This document shows, one piece after another, positions 1-8,829 of a stretch of 64,000 bases of DNA. A program made the translations under genes and the position numbers. This DNA is from an uncultured Desulfobacteraceae bacterium (GTDB lineage Bacteria; Desulfobacterota; DSM-4660; Desulfatiglandales; Desulfatiglandaceae): contig CAZVGY010000002.1 of the NCBI GenBank assembly GCA_964627015.1, forward strand, positions 36,554-100,553, read 5' to 3'. The notes under the pieces were generated by a model. It did not search any database, was not told the origin of the DNA, and saw nothing but the letters and a program-made list of their open reading frames with translations. Numbering within the stretch: position 1 is the first letter of the stretch; each line of letters starts with the position of its first letter.

Positions 1-189
1 GCGGAACATCTAAATCGGACAGGACGAATCAATCAGGTGACAGGAATAGATTTGAATTGTTTGGAAGGGGCGGTGGTTTCTTTTCGGAAAAGTTAGCCCC
101 AGAGTTTCTTAAACGAGCGTTTTTCTGTCTGAAGCTTGTCGTAAGTAATTGAAGCCTTTTCATACTTATAAGACGAGGTGACGAATAGG

Positions 190-1416
190 ATGTCAGGTGA
201 AATAATTGTTGGTCTGGACATCGGGACTACCAAAATCTGTGCGGTAGTTGGTGAAGCTCGACCCGACGGCGTGGAAATTATAGGAATTGGCAGCCACCCT
301 TCAGAAGGCCTCAGGAAAGGTGTGGTCATAAATATTGAGCATACCGTGAATTCCATAAAGGAGGCTGTAGAAGAGGCTGAGACCATGGCTGGATGCGAAA
401 TCAGCTCGGTATATGCAGGTATAGCAGGAGGCCATATAAAAGGTTTCAATAGCCAGGGTGTAATCGCGCTTAAGGAAAAGGAGGTTACCAAAAAGGATAT
501 TGACCGCGTTATTGAAGCTGCCAGTGCCGTGGCTATACCAATGGATCGGGAGGTAATTCACACGCTTGTTCAGGAATTTATTGTGGATGAGCAGGACGGG
601 ATCATGGATCCTCTTGGGATGTCAGGCGTCCGGCTGGAATCTAAGGTCCATATTGTTACCGGCGCTGTCACTTCAGCCCAAAATATCATCAAGTGCGCTA
701 ATAGGGCAGGTCTGGACGTCTGCGACATCATCCTGCAATCCCTCGCTTCCAGTGAGGCGGTCCTCACCAAAGAGGAGCGCAGTCTTGGGGCAGCCCTCAT
801 TGACTTTGGAGGAGGCACCACAGACATGGCGTTGTTTTCAAGAGGAGCCATAAAGCATACTGCCGTTCTGCCTCTTGGCGGAAATAATTTGACATATGAC
901 ATAGCCATTGGGCTCAGGACGCCCAAACTGGAGGCGGAAAAGATCAAGATAAAATATGGCTGCGGTCTTTCTTCGCTTATCGGCAAGGATGAAACTATAG
1001 AGGTTCCTGGCATGGGGGGAAGAAAGCCCAGAGTCCTGTCGCGGCAGATCCTGGGTGAAATACTTGAGCCCAGGGTGGAAGAGATATTTTCTTTGATCTA
1101 CGGTGAACTCCTTCGTAGCGGGGACGAAGACGCTTTCAGTTCTGGCGTTATCGTAACAGGAGGTTCTGCAGAGCTGCAAGGCGTCGCAGAGATCGCGGAA
1201 CAGATATTCGATGCACCCGCCAGAATAGGTTACCCGCAGGAAATCAGCGGGCTGGTGGAGGTGGTAAACAAGCCTATGTACGCTACAGCAGTAGGCTTGG
1301 TCCTGTATGGGGCTAAGAGGGGCAAGAAGCAAAAAAAATTCAGGATAAGAGATTCCAATAACATATTTAACCGGGTAATGGTCAGGATGAAAAAATGGTT
1401 TATGGACGTTGTATAA
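190..1416 (+). CDS. ftsA: Cell division protein FtsA (actin-like ATPase)
   Basis: Track ORF 178..1416. It has the IVGLDIGTTKICAVVGE phosphate-1 motif and a DFGGGTTD motif, and is directly followed by ftsZ. ATG at 190 has GAGGTG 9 nt upstream, so I prefer it over GTG 178. Confidence 0.95.
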   Translation: MSGEIIVGLDIGTTKICAVVGEARPDGVEIIGIGSHPSEGLRKGVVINIEHTVNSIKEAVEEAETMAGCEISSVYAGIAGGHIKGFNSQGVIALKEKEVTKKDIDRVIEAASAVAIPMDREVIHTLVQEFIVDEQDGIMDPLGMSGVRLESKVHIVTGAVTSAQNIIKCANRAGLDVCDIILQSLASSEAVLTKEERSLGAALIDFGGGTTDMALFSRGAIKHTAVLPLGGNNLTYDIAIGLRTPKLEAEKIKIKYGCGLSSLIGKDETIEVPGMGGRKPRVLSRQILGEILEPRVEEIFSLIYGELLRSGDEDAFSSGVIVTGGSAELQGVAEIAEQIFDAPARIGYPQEISGLVEVVNKPMYATAVGLVLYGAKRGKKQKKFRIRDSNNIFNRVMVRMKKWFMDVV

Positions 1417-1570
1417 AGATGGGGATTGAAGAAGTCTGTTCGACCATGAACTGTAATAAAATTTAACAAAGGTCAAGGGAAACGTGAAAAAAGTTTTCGA
1501 ATGAGGCCTGCATGACTCATTCAGGAAACTAAAACCGACAACCGGCAACTCGATAGATAGGAGGTACGCC

Positions 1571-2806
1571 ATGAAATTCGAATTTGCGGAAGAAAAGAGG
1601 AAACATGATGCCAGAATTAAGGTGATCGGCGTAGGGGGCGCTGGGGGAAATGCCATTAACAACATGATTGCCACGAAGCTGAGAGGGGTAGATTTTTTGG
1701 TAGGCAACACAGATTGTCAGGACCTTGATCGCTCTCAGTGTCCCGTTAAAATCCAGTTAGGCCCATCGACCACTATGGGTCTGGGTGCGGGTGCCGATCC
1801 GGAAATAGGAAAACTTTCTGCGGAGGAGAGTGCAGCTGAGATACGTGAAGCCGTGGAGGGCAGCGATCTTCTCTTCATAGCTGCCGGAATGGGGGGTGGC
1901 ACAGGAACCGGGGCGTCACCAGTGATCGCCCGTCAGGGCAAAGAAACCGGAGCGTTGACTGTCGCAGTGGTGACAAAGCCTTTTGCCTTCGAAGGTGAAA
2001 AACGTATGAAGAGGGCTATCGAAGGCATAGAACGTCTTAGAAGTGAAGTGGATAGTCTTATTGTAATCCCTAACGAACGTCTCAAGGCATTGGGGAGCAA
2101 GACAACCACTTTTAAGGACCTTATGTCACGTGCTGACGAGGTTTTGCTGCAGGCGGTAAAGGGTATCTCAGACTTGATCATGAGTGAAGGATTTATTAAC
2201 CTGGATTTCGCTGATGTCAGAAAAGTGATGGAGCAGATGGGTACCGCAATAATGGGGATGGGAAGTGCCAGGGGTGAGAATAGGGCCTCTGAGGCCGCCC
2301 AGGCAGCGATTAACAGCCCTATTTTGGAGGATATTTCTATAAGCAGCGCCAAAGGACTCCTCATGAACATCACAGGTCCTTCTGACATGACTATGGATGA
2401 GATAGGTGAAGCATCCAATTATATAAAGGGAGAAGTAAACGAGGATGCTGATATCTATTGGGGTGTGGTTTTTGACGATTCCATGGAGGACGAGGTACAA
2501 GTAACCGTAATCGCAACCGGTATAGAAAGCGGTTTTGCGGGGTATGGAAGGAGAAGCTTCGCCCCTGAGGCCCATACCAATGTAGTCAACATTAGAGACG
2601 TGACACCCGAAGAGGCTGAAGAAGGCTGGACTATCAAGGTTAATGGTGAGGCCCTGGATACCCCTACATTTCAGAGACGAGGGGCTGAGCCATCTCCAGA
2701 TGTAAATGCGGATAAGGAGCGGGAAAAGAAAAGAGGTATTCTAAGTAAATTTCGCATGAAGGAGGATCTTGATTATCCCACCTTTTTGAGGGTCAAAGCC
2801 GACTGA
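1571..2806 (+). CDS. ftsZ: Cell division GTPase FtsZ
   Basis: [13 protein letters not shown] and the tubulin signature [13 protein letters not shown]; conserved C-terminal DYPTFLR peptide; AGGAGG-like RBS (ataggaggtacgccATG). Confidence 0.97.
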   Translation: MKFEFAEEKRKHDARIKVIGVGGAGGNAINNMIATKLRGVDFLVGNTDCQDLDRSQCPVKIQLGPSTTMGLGAGADPEIGKLSAEESAAEIREAVEGSDLLFIAAGMGGGTGTGASPVIARQGKETGALTVAVVTKPFAFEGEKRMKRAIEGIERLRSEVDSLIVIPNERLKALGSKTTTFKDLMSRADEVLLQAVKGISDLIMSEGFINLDFADVRKVMEQMGTAIMGMGSARGENRASEAAQAAINSPILEDISISSAKGLLMNITGPSDMTMDEIGEASNYIKGEVNEDADIYWGVVFDDSMEDEVQVTVIATGIESGFAGYGRRSFAPEAHTNVVNIRDVTPEEAEEGWTIKVNGEALDTPTFQRRGAEPSPDVNADKEREKKRGILSKFRMKEDLDYPTFLRVKAD

Positions 2807-2826
2807 ATCGGAAGGTGGTTTAGAAG

Positions 2827-4596
2827 TTGTCCGACGATATAATTTCCCTTTACAGGGAACGATTGGCCCGGGAAAAGGGAGCGGTAAAGAAAGACCGGGG
2901 GGGCAAGCTTGCAGTAGCACTTGCATACCCGAATTACTATCGTCTTGGCATGTCAAATCTGGGTTTCCAGATTGTCTATAATCTGTTGAACCGAAGGTCG
3001 GACATTGTGGCAGAGCGATTTTTTCTGCCCGAAACTCAGGAAATGTCCATTTATCTCCGTTCTGGAAGATCTCTCCTTTCTTTGGAGTCTCAGACCGCCC
3101 TCCAGAGTTTCGACCTGGTAGCATTTTCACTTTCATTTGAAAATGATTACCCCAACATTCTAAATATTCTGGAAATGGGTAAAATCCCCCTCCTTTCAGA
3201 GGATAGATATTATCCATGCCCTTTTATCATGGCGGGGGGCGTGGCGAGTTTTCTTAATCCTGAGCCTTTAGCTATATTTATAGATTTTTTCCTGGTGGGT
3301 GAGGCAGAAGCGAACTTAGATAAATTCATCGATTTTTTTATTAATATACGGTCGGGACGGTTTACTAGAGAAGAGACAATTCTAGCCCTTGCTAGAAATA
3401 TGCAAAGCCTTTATGCGCCTTCGTTGTATGCTGTTGATTACCACCGTGACGGCAGGCTCAAGTCTGTATCGCCGAAGGCAGACGGACTGCCTGAAAAAAT
3501 CAGGCCAGCTTATTTAAGCGAGGTTCGGGCTCCCGATGGTGGGGCTCCACGGTCTGTTATAAGAACACCAGATACTGAATTCGGAGACAGAATTCTTATA
3601 GAACTGGGAAGGGGTTGCGGGCGATCTTGCAGGTTCTGTGCAGCAGGATTTGTTTATCGCCCTCCAAGAACAAATACAGCGGAAGGTTTGACTACCACGG
3701 TCGACAGCGCTATGGAAGACTGTAAACAATTGGGTCTGTTGAGCGCAGCTGTATCTGACGTGCCGGGGATAGAAGAACTTACGGACCGTATTATCAAGAT
3801 GGGCGGAAGTTTCTCTGTTTCTTCACTAAGGGCTGAGAGCCTTACAAAAAGGCTTCTCGAGAACCTTAAACGTGCAGGGCAGAAGACTATTGCCATAGCT
3901 CCTGAGGCGGGCACCGAAAGGCTTAGGAAGGTCATAAATAAGCATCTAACAGAATCTCAGATCATGGAGGCCGTCAGTTTGATTGCAGGTGTAAAGGATT
4001 TTTCCCTGCGACTATATTTCCTTATAGGCCTGCCGACCGAGACCATGGATGATGTTGCCGGAATTGTAAACCTGGTCAAGGCTATCAGACATCATATGAT
4101 CAAGGATTCAGCAACACGAGGAACAATAGGACAGATCAGATTGAGCATAAACTGTTTTATTCCCAAACCTTTTACTCCTTTTCAATGGTTCGACCTGGAA
4201 CAGGTTTCTTTATTAAAAGAAAAACAGAAATGGTTAAAAAAGAAGTTGGCCAAAGAGGGTGGAATAAGGGTTAATACTGATCTTTCCAGGTGGGCTTATG
4301 TGCAGACTCTCCTTTCAATCGGTGACAGGAGAGTCGGATTCATACTTCAAAGGGTACATGAATCCAGAGGAGATTGGAGAAACGGTTTGAGGTATTCGGA
4401 TGTAAACCCGGATTTTTTCGTTTATCGCCCAAAAGGCCTGGATGAGCTTTTGCCATGGGATTTCATAGATCACGGAATCAACAAGAAATTTCTCCAAAAC
4501 GAATATGCCCTGGCCCTCAGGGCTGAAGAGTCGGATATCTGTCGTATCGGGGAATGCTTTAGGTGCGGCGTTTGTAGGAGGATTGATAAATATTGA
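2827..4596 (+). CDS. B12-binding-domain radical SAM protein (TIGR03960-like, function unknown)
   Basis: CxxxCxxC motif GCGRSCRFC. The N-terminal VALAYPNYYRLGMSNLGFQIVYNLLN region is typical of the large B12-like rSAM family. TTG start with GAAGGTGG 8 nt upstream. Confidence 0.8.
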   Translation: MSDDIISLYRERLAREKGAVKKDRGGKLAVALAYPNYYRLGMSNLGFQIVYNLLNRRSDIVAERFFLPETQEMSIYLRSGRSLLSLESQTALQSFDLVAFSLSFENDYPNILNILEMGKIPLLSEDRYYPCPFIMAGGVASFLNPEPLAIFIDFFLVGEAEANLDKFIDFFINIRSGRFTREETILALARNMQSLYAPSLYAVDYHRDGRLKSVSPKADGLPEKIRPAYLSEVRAPDGGAPRSVIRTPDTEFGDRILIELGRGCGRSCRFCAAGFVYRPPRTNTAEGLTTTVDSAMEDCKQLGLLSAAVSDVPGIEELTDRIIKMGGSFSVSSLRAESLTKRLLENLKRAGQKTIAIAPEAGTERLRKVINKHLTESQIMEAVSLIAGVKDFSLRLYFLIGLPTETMDDVAGIVNLVKAIRHHMIKDSATRGTIGQIRLSINCFIPKPFTPFQWFDLEQVSLLKEKQKWLKKKLAKEGGIRVNTDLSRWAYVQTLLSIGDRRVGFILQRVHESRGDWRNGLRYSDVNPDFFVYRPKGLDELLPWDFIDHGINKKFLQNEYALALRAEESDICRIGECFRCGVCRRIDKY

Positions 4597-4676
4597 TTTA
4601 TACGAGCGGCTTCTTAAACCGTTTGATTCATGACCTTCAGTATCTGTAATTGTGTAAAGGCCCTGGAAACCAGATA

Positions 4677-4705
4677 AGAGAGGCCTTCATGCTGAAGGCC
4701 TCTCT
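4677..4705. terminator. Perfect 13-bp stem hairpin between convergent genes (candidate bidirectional terminator)
   Basis: agagaggccttca-tgc-tgaaggcctctct, between the rSAM stop (4596) and the Usp stop (4724). No clean T-tract on either side. Confidence 0.5.
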
Positions 4706-4723
4706 AGAGGAATCCGTGTTGCT

Positions 4724-5653
4724 TTATGGTACCAGCCATACCGCGCAATTAGACGCTTCTGTGAGCACTCGCCTTGACACACTTCCCATGAAAAATGAAT
4801 TATTTGCCCCTCTCCTGCCAACAACGATAGTGCCAAAATTTCCCCTTTCAGCTTCATCGACAATTGTTTTACCGATATTTATGGTACTCTTAACTTCCTT
4901 TATTTCAATCTGGTTTTCTTTTAGTCCGGATTCTTTGAATTTCTGTTTGGCATGAACGTAAAAGCTATCTACGCATTGTTTGTCGCCTTCGGTGATTACC
5001 TCGCTCAATTCATCATTTTCCTCTTCAAAATCGATGGTGCAATAATCCCTGAGCCTCGGCGTTATATGAAGAAGTGTTATTTTTACGTCAGGATTACCTC
5101 CAGTCATGAAGCCTACGTGGTCCACAGCACGAAGAGCACTTTCAGAGCCATCAATGGCGACCATTATTTTTGGCGATGTCACATCTCCCCCAATAGCCCA
5201 GACCGGGATAACATCTGCGTGTTCCAGTACGCTGTTCGTCACGCTTCCTATAAAGGTTTCCGCCAGGCGCGAAAGACCTCTCTTCCCTATGAGGATTGCA
5301 TCGCATAACGATTGTCTGCTGTAATCCAGGATGCTCTTTGCTGTCCCTGCTGTCTGAGCCTGGCTTACTGTATCGATAAGGTTCTCTGCTATTCCTGACT
5401 TTACCATAATATCTTTTGATTTTTTAAGCAGATCTCTGGAATCGTCCTGGTTTTTCTTTGTAGCGGTTTTTAGAGCGGATATGGCCTTTGGGTCAAGCCT
5501 GGCGTCCTCCAGTAAGAACTCCGATATTTTTGGTTGTATGTGAAGAAGTGTATAATTGACATCCTTGATCATCGATCCAATCATTGCTGCGTATTCCATA
5601 GCCCTTTTCGAATAAGCGGACTCATCAACGGCAATCAAGATTTTTTTTTCCAC
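4724..5653 (-). CDS. Tandem universal stress protein (two UspA domains)
   Basis: Two Usp-like halves (KILIAVDES...G and KIMVAIDGSE...VVGRRG...GSVS...C.VWLV). GTG start with AGGAGG 7 nt upstream. Confidence 0.85.
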   Translation of the reverse strand: MEKKILIAVDESAYSKRAMEYAAMIGSMIKDVNYTLLHIQPKISEFLLEDARLDPKAISALKTATKKNQDDSRDLLKKSKDIMVKSGIAENLIDTVSQAQTAGTAKSILDYSRQSLCDAILIGKRGLSRLAETFIGSVTNSVLEHADVIPVWAIGGDVTSPKIMVAIDGSESALRAVDHVGFMTGGNPDVKITLLHITPRLRDYCTIDFEEENDELSEVITEGDKQCVDSFYVHAKQKFKESGLKENQIEIKEVKSTINIGKTIVDEAERGNFGTIVVGRRGANNSFFMGSVSRRVLTEASNCAVWLVP

Positions 5654-5875
5654 AGTAAATCCTCCTGCGTTTAGTTTTTTTGTCTGCCTGACTCAAGCCT
5701 CATGCCTTCAGATGTGAGATAATAAAAATAGTGAATAATTAATCTCATCAATTTTAAAAAGCTGTTTAAAATCATTATTAAAAAACTACATTCTACTAAG
5801 AGTCGCCCACTGGGTCAACCCCTTCGCACCTCGAACCTCAACCTACTCACAAACAGGGCTTGGACTGCTTCAGCC

Positions 5876-6886
5876 TCAATCACTCGTGGGGATGACCCTG
5901 TATGGTATCGATATTTTTGGCATGCCCTCATCATTAGTAACTATAACCAGGTCTCCGTTTATCTGCTTATCTATATTTTTTCCTTTCCATACCAATGCCA
6001 GAACACAGCTCTTGTTTTGTTCTACGGGAATTATTCCCCAGATAATATTCTTGTTGTTGGTATTTACCTGCTCCAGCCTAAGGGGTTTGCCTGATGACTG
6101 TATGAAATGTACGGTATTGGATGCTTGACCATTATTGACCTTTTTGTGTGAATAAAAGACAAGCTCATCCGGGTAATAAGATATATTCCCTTCTATTTTG
6201 CCGAAGAGGAAAAGTTTGAGATTTGAAGCGTTTGGGACATCTGTTTCAATGGTGATAATATCCTCCACCCTTCCAAGGGGAATATTGGGGGCAACTTTTA
6301 TTTTCAGCTCGTAACCGGGACTTTCATTCTTTCCCTGGTTAATCGGTTTGTATGTGGTAGTAAAAAATTTGGAGGAGCTTTCTATCCCTTTTATTTCAAA
6401 AAATTTTCCATCATTAGAAATGATTTTGAGTTCCTGTATCCATGTTTCTCCTCTCTGGATATGGATCAGCAGATTCTCTTCGGGTATGACACTGAGGATG
6501 GTTTTCACCCTGGCGCTGAGAAGCAGTCTAAGTTCGGGCCAGACCGGATCATTTGAGATTACCATGACTCCCATGGTAGTGCTGCCTCTCAAACCTTCTG
6601 TTTTTACCTCCAGAACGACTTCACCCTCCTTCCCGGGAGGGATTACCCGGTCAAACCGGGCGACTGAGCAGCCTCAGTCTGGATAAGCCTCTTCAATTAT
6701 CAGATCCGCATTCCCATTGTTTTTCAGGATAAAAGCATGGCTGATTTTTTTACCGCGTATTACTTCACCGTAATTGTGCAGGGTGGAATCTACTGCCAGT
6801 TCGGGCACGGGGCTGGCTATCAATTTTCCCCCCATGAACATATGCATGATAAACAGGATCATTAACATAATATTTATATTTTTCAT
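5876..6886 (-). CDS. Exported DUF1573-family protein with in-frame TGA (candidate selenocysteine, U-G-C motif)
   Basis: Track ORFs 6674..6886 and 5876..6592 are in one frame, joined by a single TGA (6674..6676) with no other stop. The read-through peptide is ...NNGNADLIIEEAYPD-U-GCSVARFDRVIPPGKEGEVVLEV..., which fits the DUF1573 pattern ...SCGCT....I.PG..G.I.V. It has a signal peptide (MKNINIMLMILFIMHMF) and AGGAG 8 nt upstream of the ATG. Confidence 0.7.
6645..6661 (-). promoter_or_regulatory. Candidate bacterial SECIS hairpin for the DUF1573 UGA
   Basis: On the mRNA strand the sequence is G-CCCGG-UUUGA-CCGGG-U, starting 12 nt after the UGA. A second hairpin CCCUCC-CGGGAA-GGAGGG follows at 6621..6640. 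Confidence 0.4.
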
Positions 6887-6927
6887 TCAGTTCACTCCTG
6901 CCATGATTTCTTGGAGTTATATAAAGG

Positions 6928-8121
6928 TCATTCTGATCTGAGAGCAGTTATAGGATCCAGTTTGGATGCCTGTCTTGCGGGATAGAAACCAAAAAAGATA
7001 CCAACTGCGGAAGAGACTCCGAATCCCAGGGCAATTGCGAGGTATGATATCAGGAACTGCCATTTTGAAAAATAGGAGATAATGTATGAGGCTGACACTC
7101 CAAGTATAATTCCGAAAATGCCCCCTGCCAGAGAGAGGAGGATAGATTCGATCAGGAATTGGCTCTGAATATCTCCCCTTTTTGCCCCGAGTGCTCTTCT
7201 GATGCCGATCTCTCTGCGACGCTCGGTTACTGATACGAGCATAATATTCATTACACCTACACCGCCTACGATCAGAGAGATACTCCCGACTGATCCCAGA
7301 AGCAAAGTGTAGAGTTTCATCTGTTTTTCCATTCGCTCTATCAGTTCCTCAGCACTGTTTACGTTCATGGGGTTGTGTCCTAAATATTCTGTGAAATAGG
7401 TCACGATCTCGTCCCGGGCCGCCAGGTGATGTGCACCTTCGGTCATCCTCGCCATTATATTGCTGATTTCTCCGCCTTCAATAAACCTTTCTGCCGTAGT
7501 TATAGGGATCAGAATACCTTCATTTATACCCCAGGGGCGCATACCACCAAAAGAGGTATATTCAAGGACCCCTATAATTGTTAATATATGATTCCCGGCC
7601 TTGATCTTCTTTCCTATAAGATCCGCCTGCATGCCTGCTTCAACAAACTTGGAAGCTATTTCTGCGCCGAGGACACAGAAGTAGCTGTACCTGTCAAGGT
7701 CGCTTATAAACCGCCCCTCCTTAATTCGAATTTTATTCAGTTCCTGGAATGATTCGGTAACCCCTAAAACGGATCCGTGGTTTTCCTTTCCCTCCAGCCT
7801 TATTACCGAGTTTCCCTGGATATATGGAGCCACCATACTTATAGCAGGGCAATAATCGGGAATCTTGAGGGTGTCTTCAAGTATAATGGCCTTATCCTGG
7901 AATTTTCCTTCGGCCGGGCCGAACCCCTTCTGTATGGTTAATATGTCAGTGCCCATCTCTCTAAACTGTCTGAGAGCTTCGGCTTCAACAATTTTTCCCA
8001 CAGATACCATGGCAATAACTGATCCGATTCCTATGATAATGCCTATTAGCGCCAGCACGGTGCGCTGTTTGGCTCCGAGGAGGCTTCTGGCGGCTTCCTT
8101 CAGGCTCGTGTCAAGGATCAT
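6928..8121 (-). CDS. ABC transporter permease, FtsX/MacB family
   Basis: 397 aa with an N-terminal TM, a large periplasmic domain and a C-terminal FtsX 3-TM bundle. 4-nt overlap with the upstream ATPase gene. Confidence 0.85.
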   Translation of the reverse strand: MILDTSLKEAARSLLGAKQRTVLALIGIIIGIGSVIAMVSVGKIVEAEALRQFREMGTDILTIQKGFGPAEGKFQDKAIILEDTLKIPDYCPAISMVAPYIQGNSVIRLEGKENHGSVLGVTESFQELNKIRIKEGRFISDLDRYSYFCVLGAEIASKFVEAGMQADLIGKKIKAGNHILTIIGVLEYTSFGGMRPWGINEGILIPITTAERFIEGGEISNIMARMTEGAHHLAARDEIVTYFTEYLGHNPMNVNSAEELIERMEKQMKLYTLLLGSVGSISLIVGGVGVMNIMLVSVTERRREIGIRRALGAKRGDIQSQFLIESILLSLAGGIFGIILGVSASYIISYFSKWQFLISYLAIALGFGVSSAVGIFFGFYPARQASKLDPITALRSE

Positions 8122-8786
8122 TCTTCAAAAACCCTCCCGTCCTTCATATTAACGCGACGATTGCATTGAATCGCAATATCCGAATCATGGGTTATAATAA
8201 TAACTGTAATTCCTTCCTCCACGTTGAGCCTGATAAACAGGTCCATTATGTCCTGCCCGACGCCGGTATCAAGTGCACCGGTGGGTTCATCAGCAAGAAT
8301 GATCGCCGGTCTGGCGGCCAGAGCTCTTGCAATTGCAACCCTCTGTTGCTGGCCTCCTGACAGTTCATTTGGCCTGTGGTTAAGCCGATCCTCCATATTT
8401 ACTTTTTTTAAATATTCGAGCGAGGATTGCCTGATCTCCGACTTTTTCATGCCTCTGTATATGAGGGGTACTCCAACATTTTCAAGAGCCGTGAGCCGTG
8501 ACAATAAATTAAAGGATTGGAAGACGAATCCGATTTTCTGGTTGCGGATAACTGAGATTTCATCATCGCTGAGCTTCCCGGTTTCCTTTCCTTCTAACAC
8601 ATAAGAGCCGGATGCAGGCTTATCCAGAAGTCCTATTATGTTCATCAGTGTTGATTTACCGCAGCCGGAGGCACCCATAATCGAAACGAGTTCTCCTTCT
8701 TCCACCTCCAGAGAGATGCCTTTCAGTACCTCTACATCGATCGGCCCGATTCTGTAAGCCTTTCTGATATCAACCAGCTTTAACAT
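8118..8786 (-). CDS. ABC transporter ATP-binding protein (MacB/LolD-type)
   Basis: Walker A GASGCGKST, signature LSGGQQQRVAIARAL, Walker B ILADEPTGALD. Confidence 0.93.
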   Translation of the reverse strand: MLKLVDIRKAYRIGPIDVEVLKGISLEVEEGELVSIMGASGCGKSTLMNIIGLLDKPASGSYVLEGKETGKLSDDEISVIRNQKIGFVFQSFNLLSRLTALENVGVPLIYRGMKKSEIRQSSLEYLKKVNMEDRLNHRPNELSGGQQQRVAIARALAARPAIILADEPTGALDTGVGQDIMDLFIRLNVEEGITVIIITHDSDIAIQCNRRVNMKDGRVFEE

Positions 8787-8829
8787 TTATTTTCAACCTG
8801 TGAGTTATTACAAAAGCCTTACAGGAGAA

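Noticed and set aside
1-152. Possible 3' end of ftsQ upstream of ftsA.
   Set aside because: Two frames are open into the window. Frame 1 ends at TAG 91..93 (...VTGIDLNCLEGAVVSFRKS) and frame 3 ends at TGA 150..152. Synteny suggests ftsQ, but I cannot decide the frame or recognise the protein from about 30-50 residues, so it is not listed as a feature.
838-1710. 290-aa minus-strand ORF, plus many similar antisense ORFs across the window (for example 93..491, 1933..2418, 9682..10308, 22392..22874, 42691..43056).
   Set aside because: They lie antisense to or overlap strongly supported genes (ftsA, ftsZ, MFP, aspS, hdrA). Their composition is low-complexity or biased, and they have no recognisable motifs or RBS. 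These are shadow ORFs.
5790-5850. Weak resemblance to the X repeat (agagtcgcccactgggtcaacc...cctcgaacc) downstream of the Sec-DUF1573 gene.
   Set aside because: Only scattered short matches are present, and I could not build a convincing alignment by eye.
5876-6886. Alternative reading: the DUF1573 gene is a pseudogene, or two genes split by a nonsense mutation.
   Set aside because: There is a single TGA (not TAA or TAG) exactly on a conserved redox Cys, the downstream frame is intact for 265 codons, a hairpin follows, and Sec decoding is proven in the same window. All of this favours recoding. Pseudogenisation cannot be excluded without orthologues.
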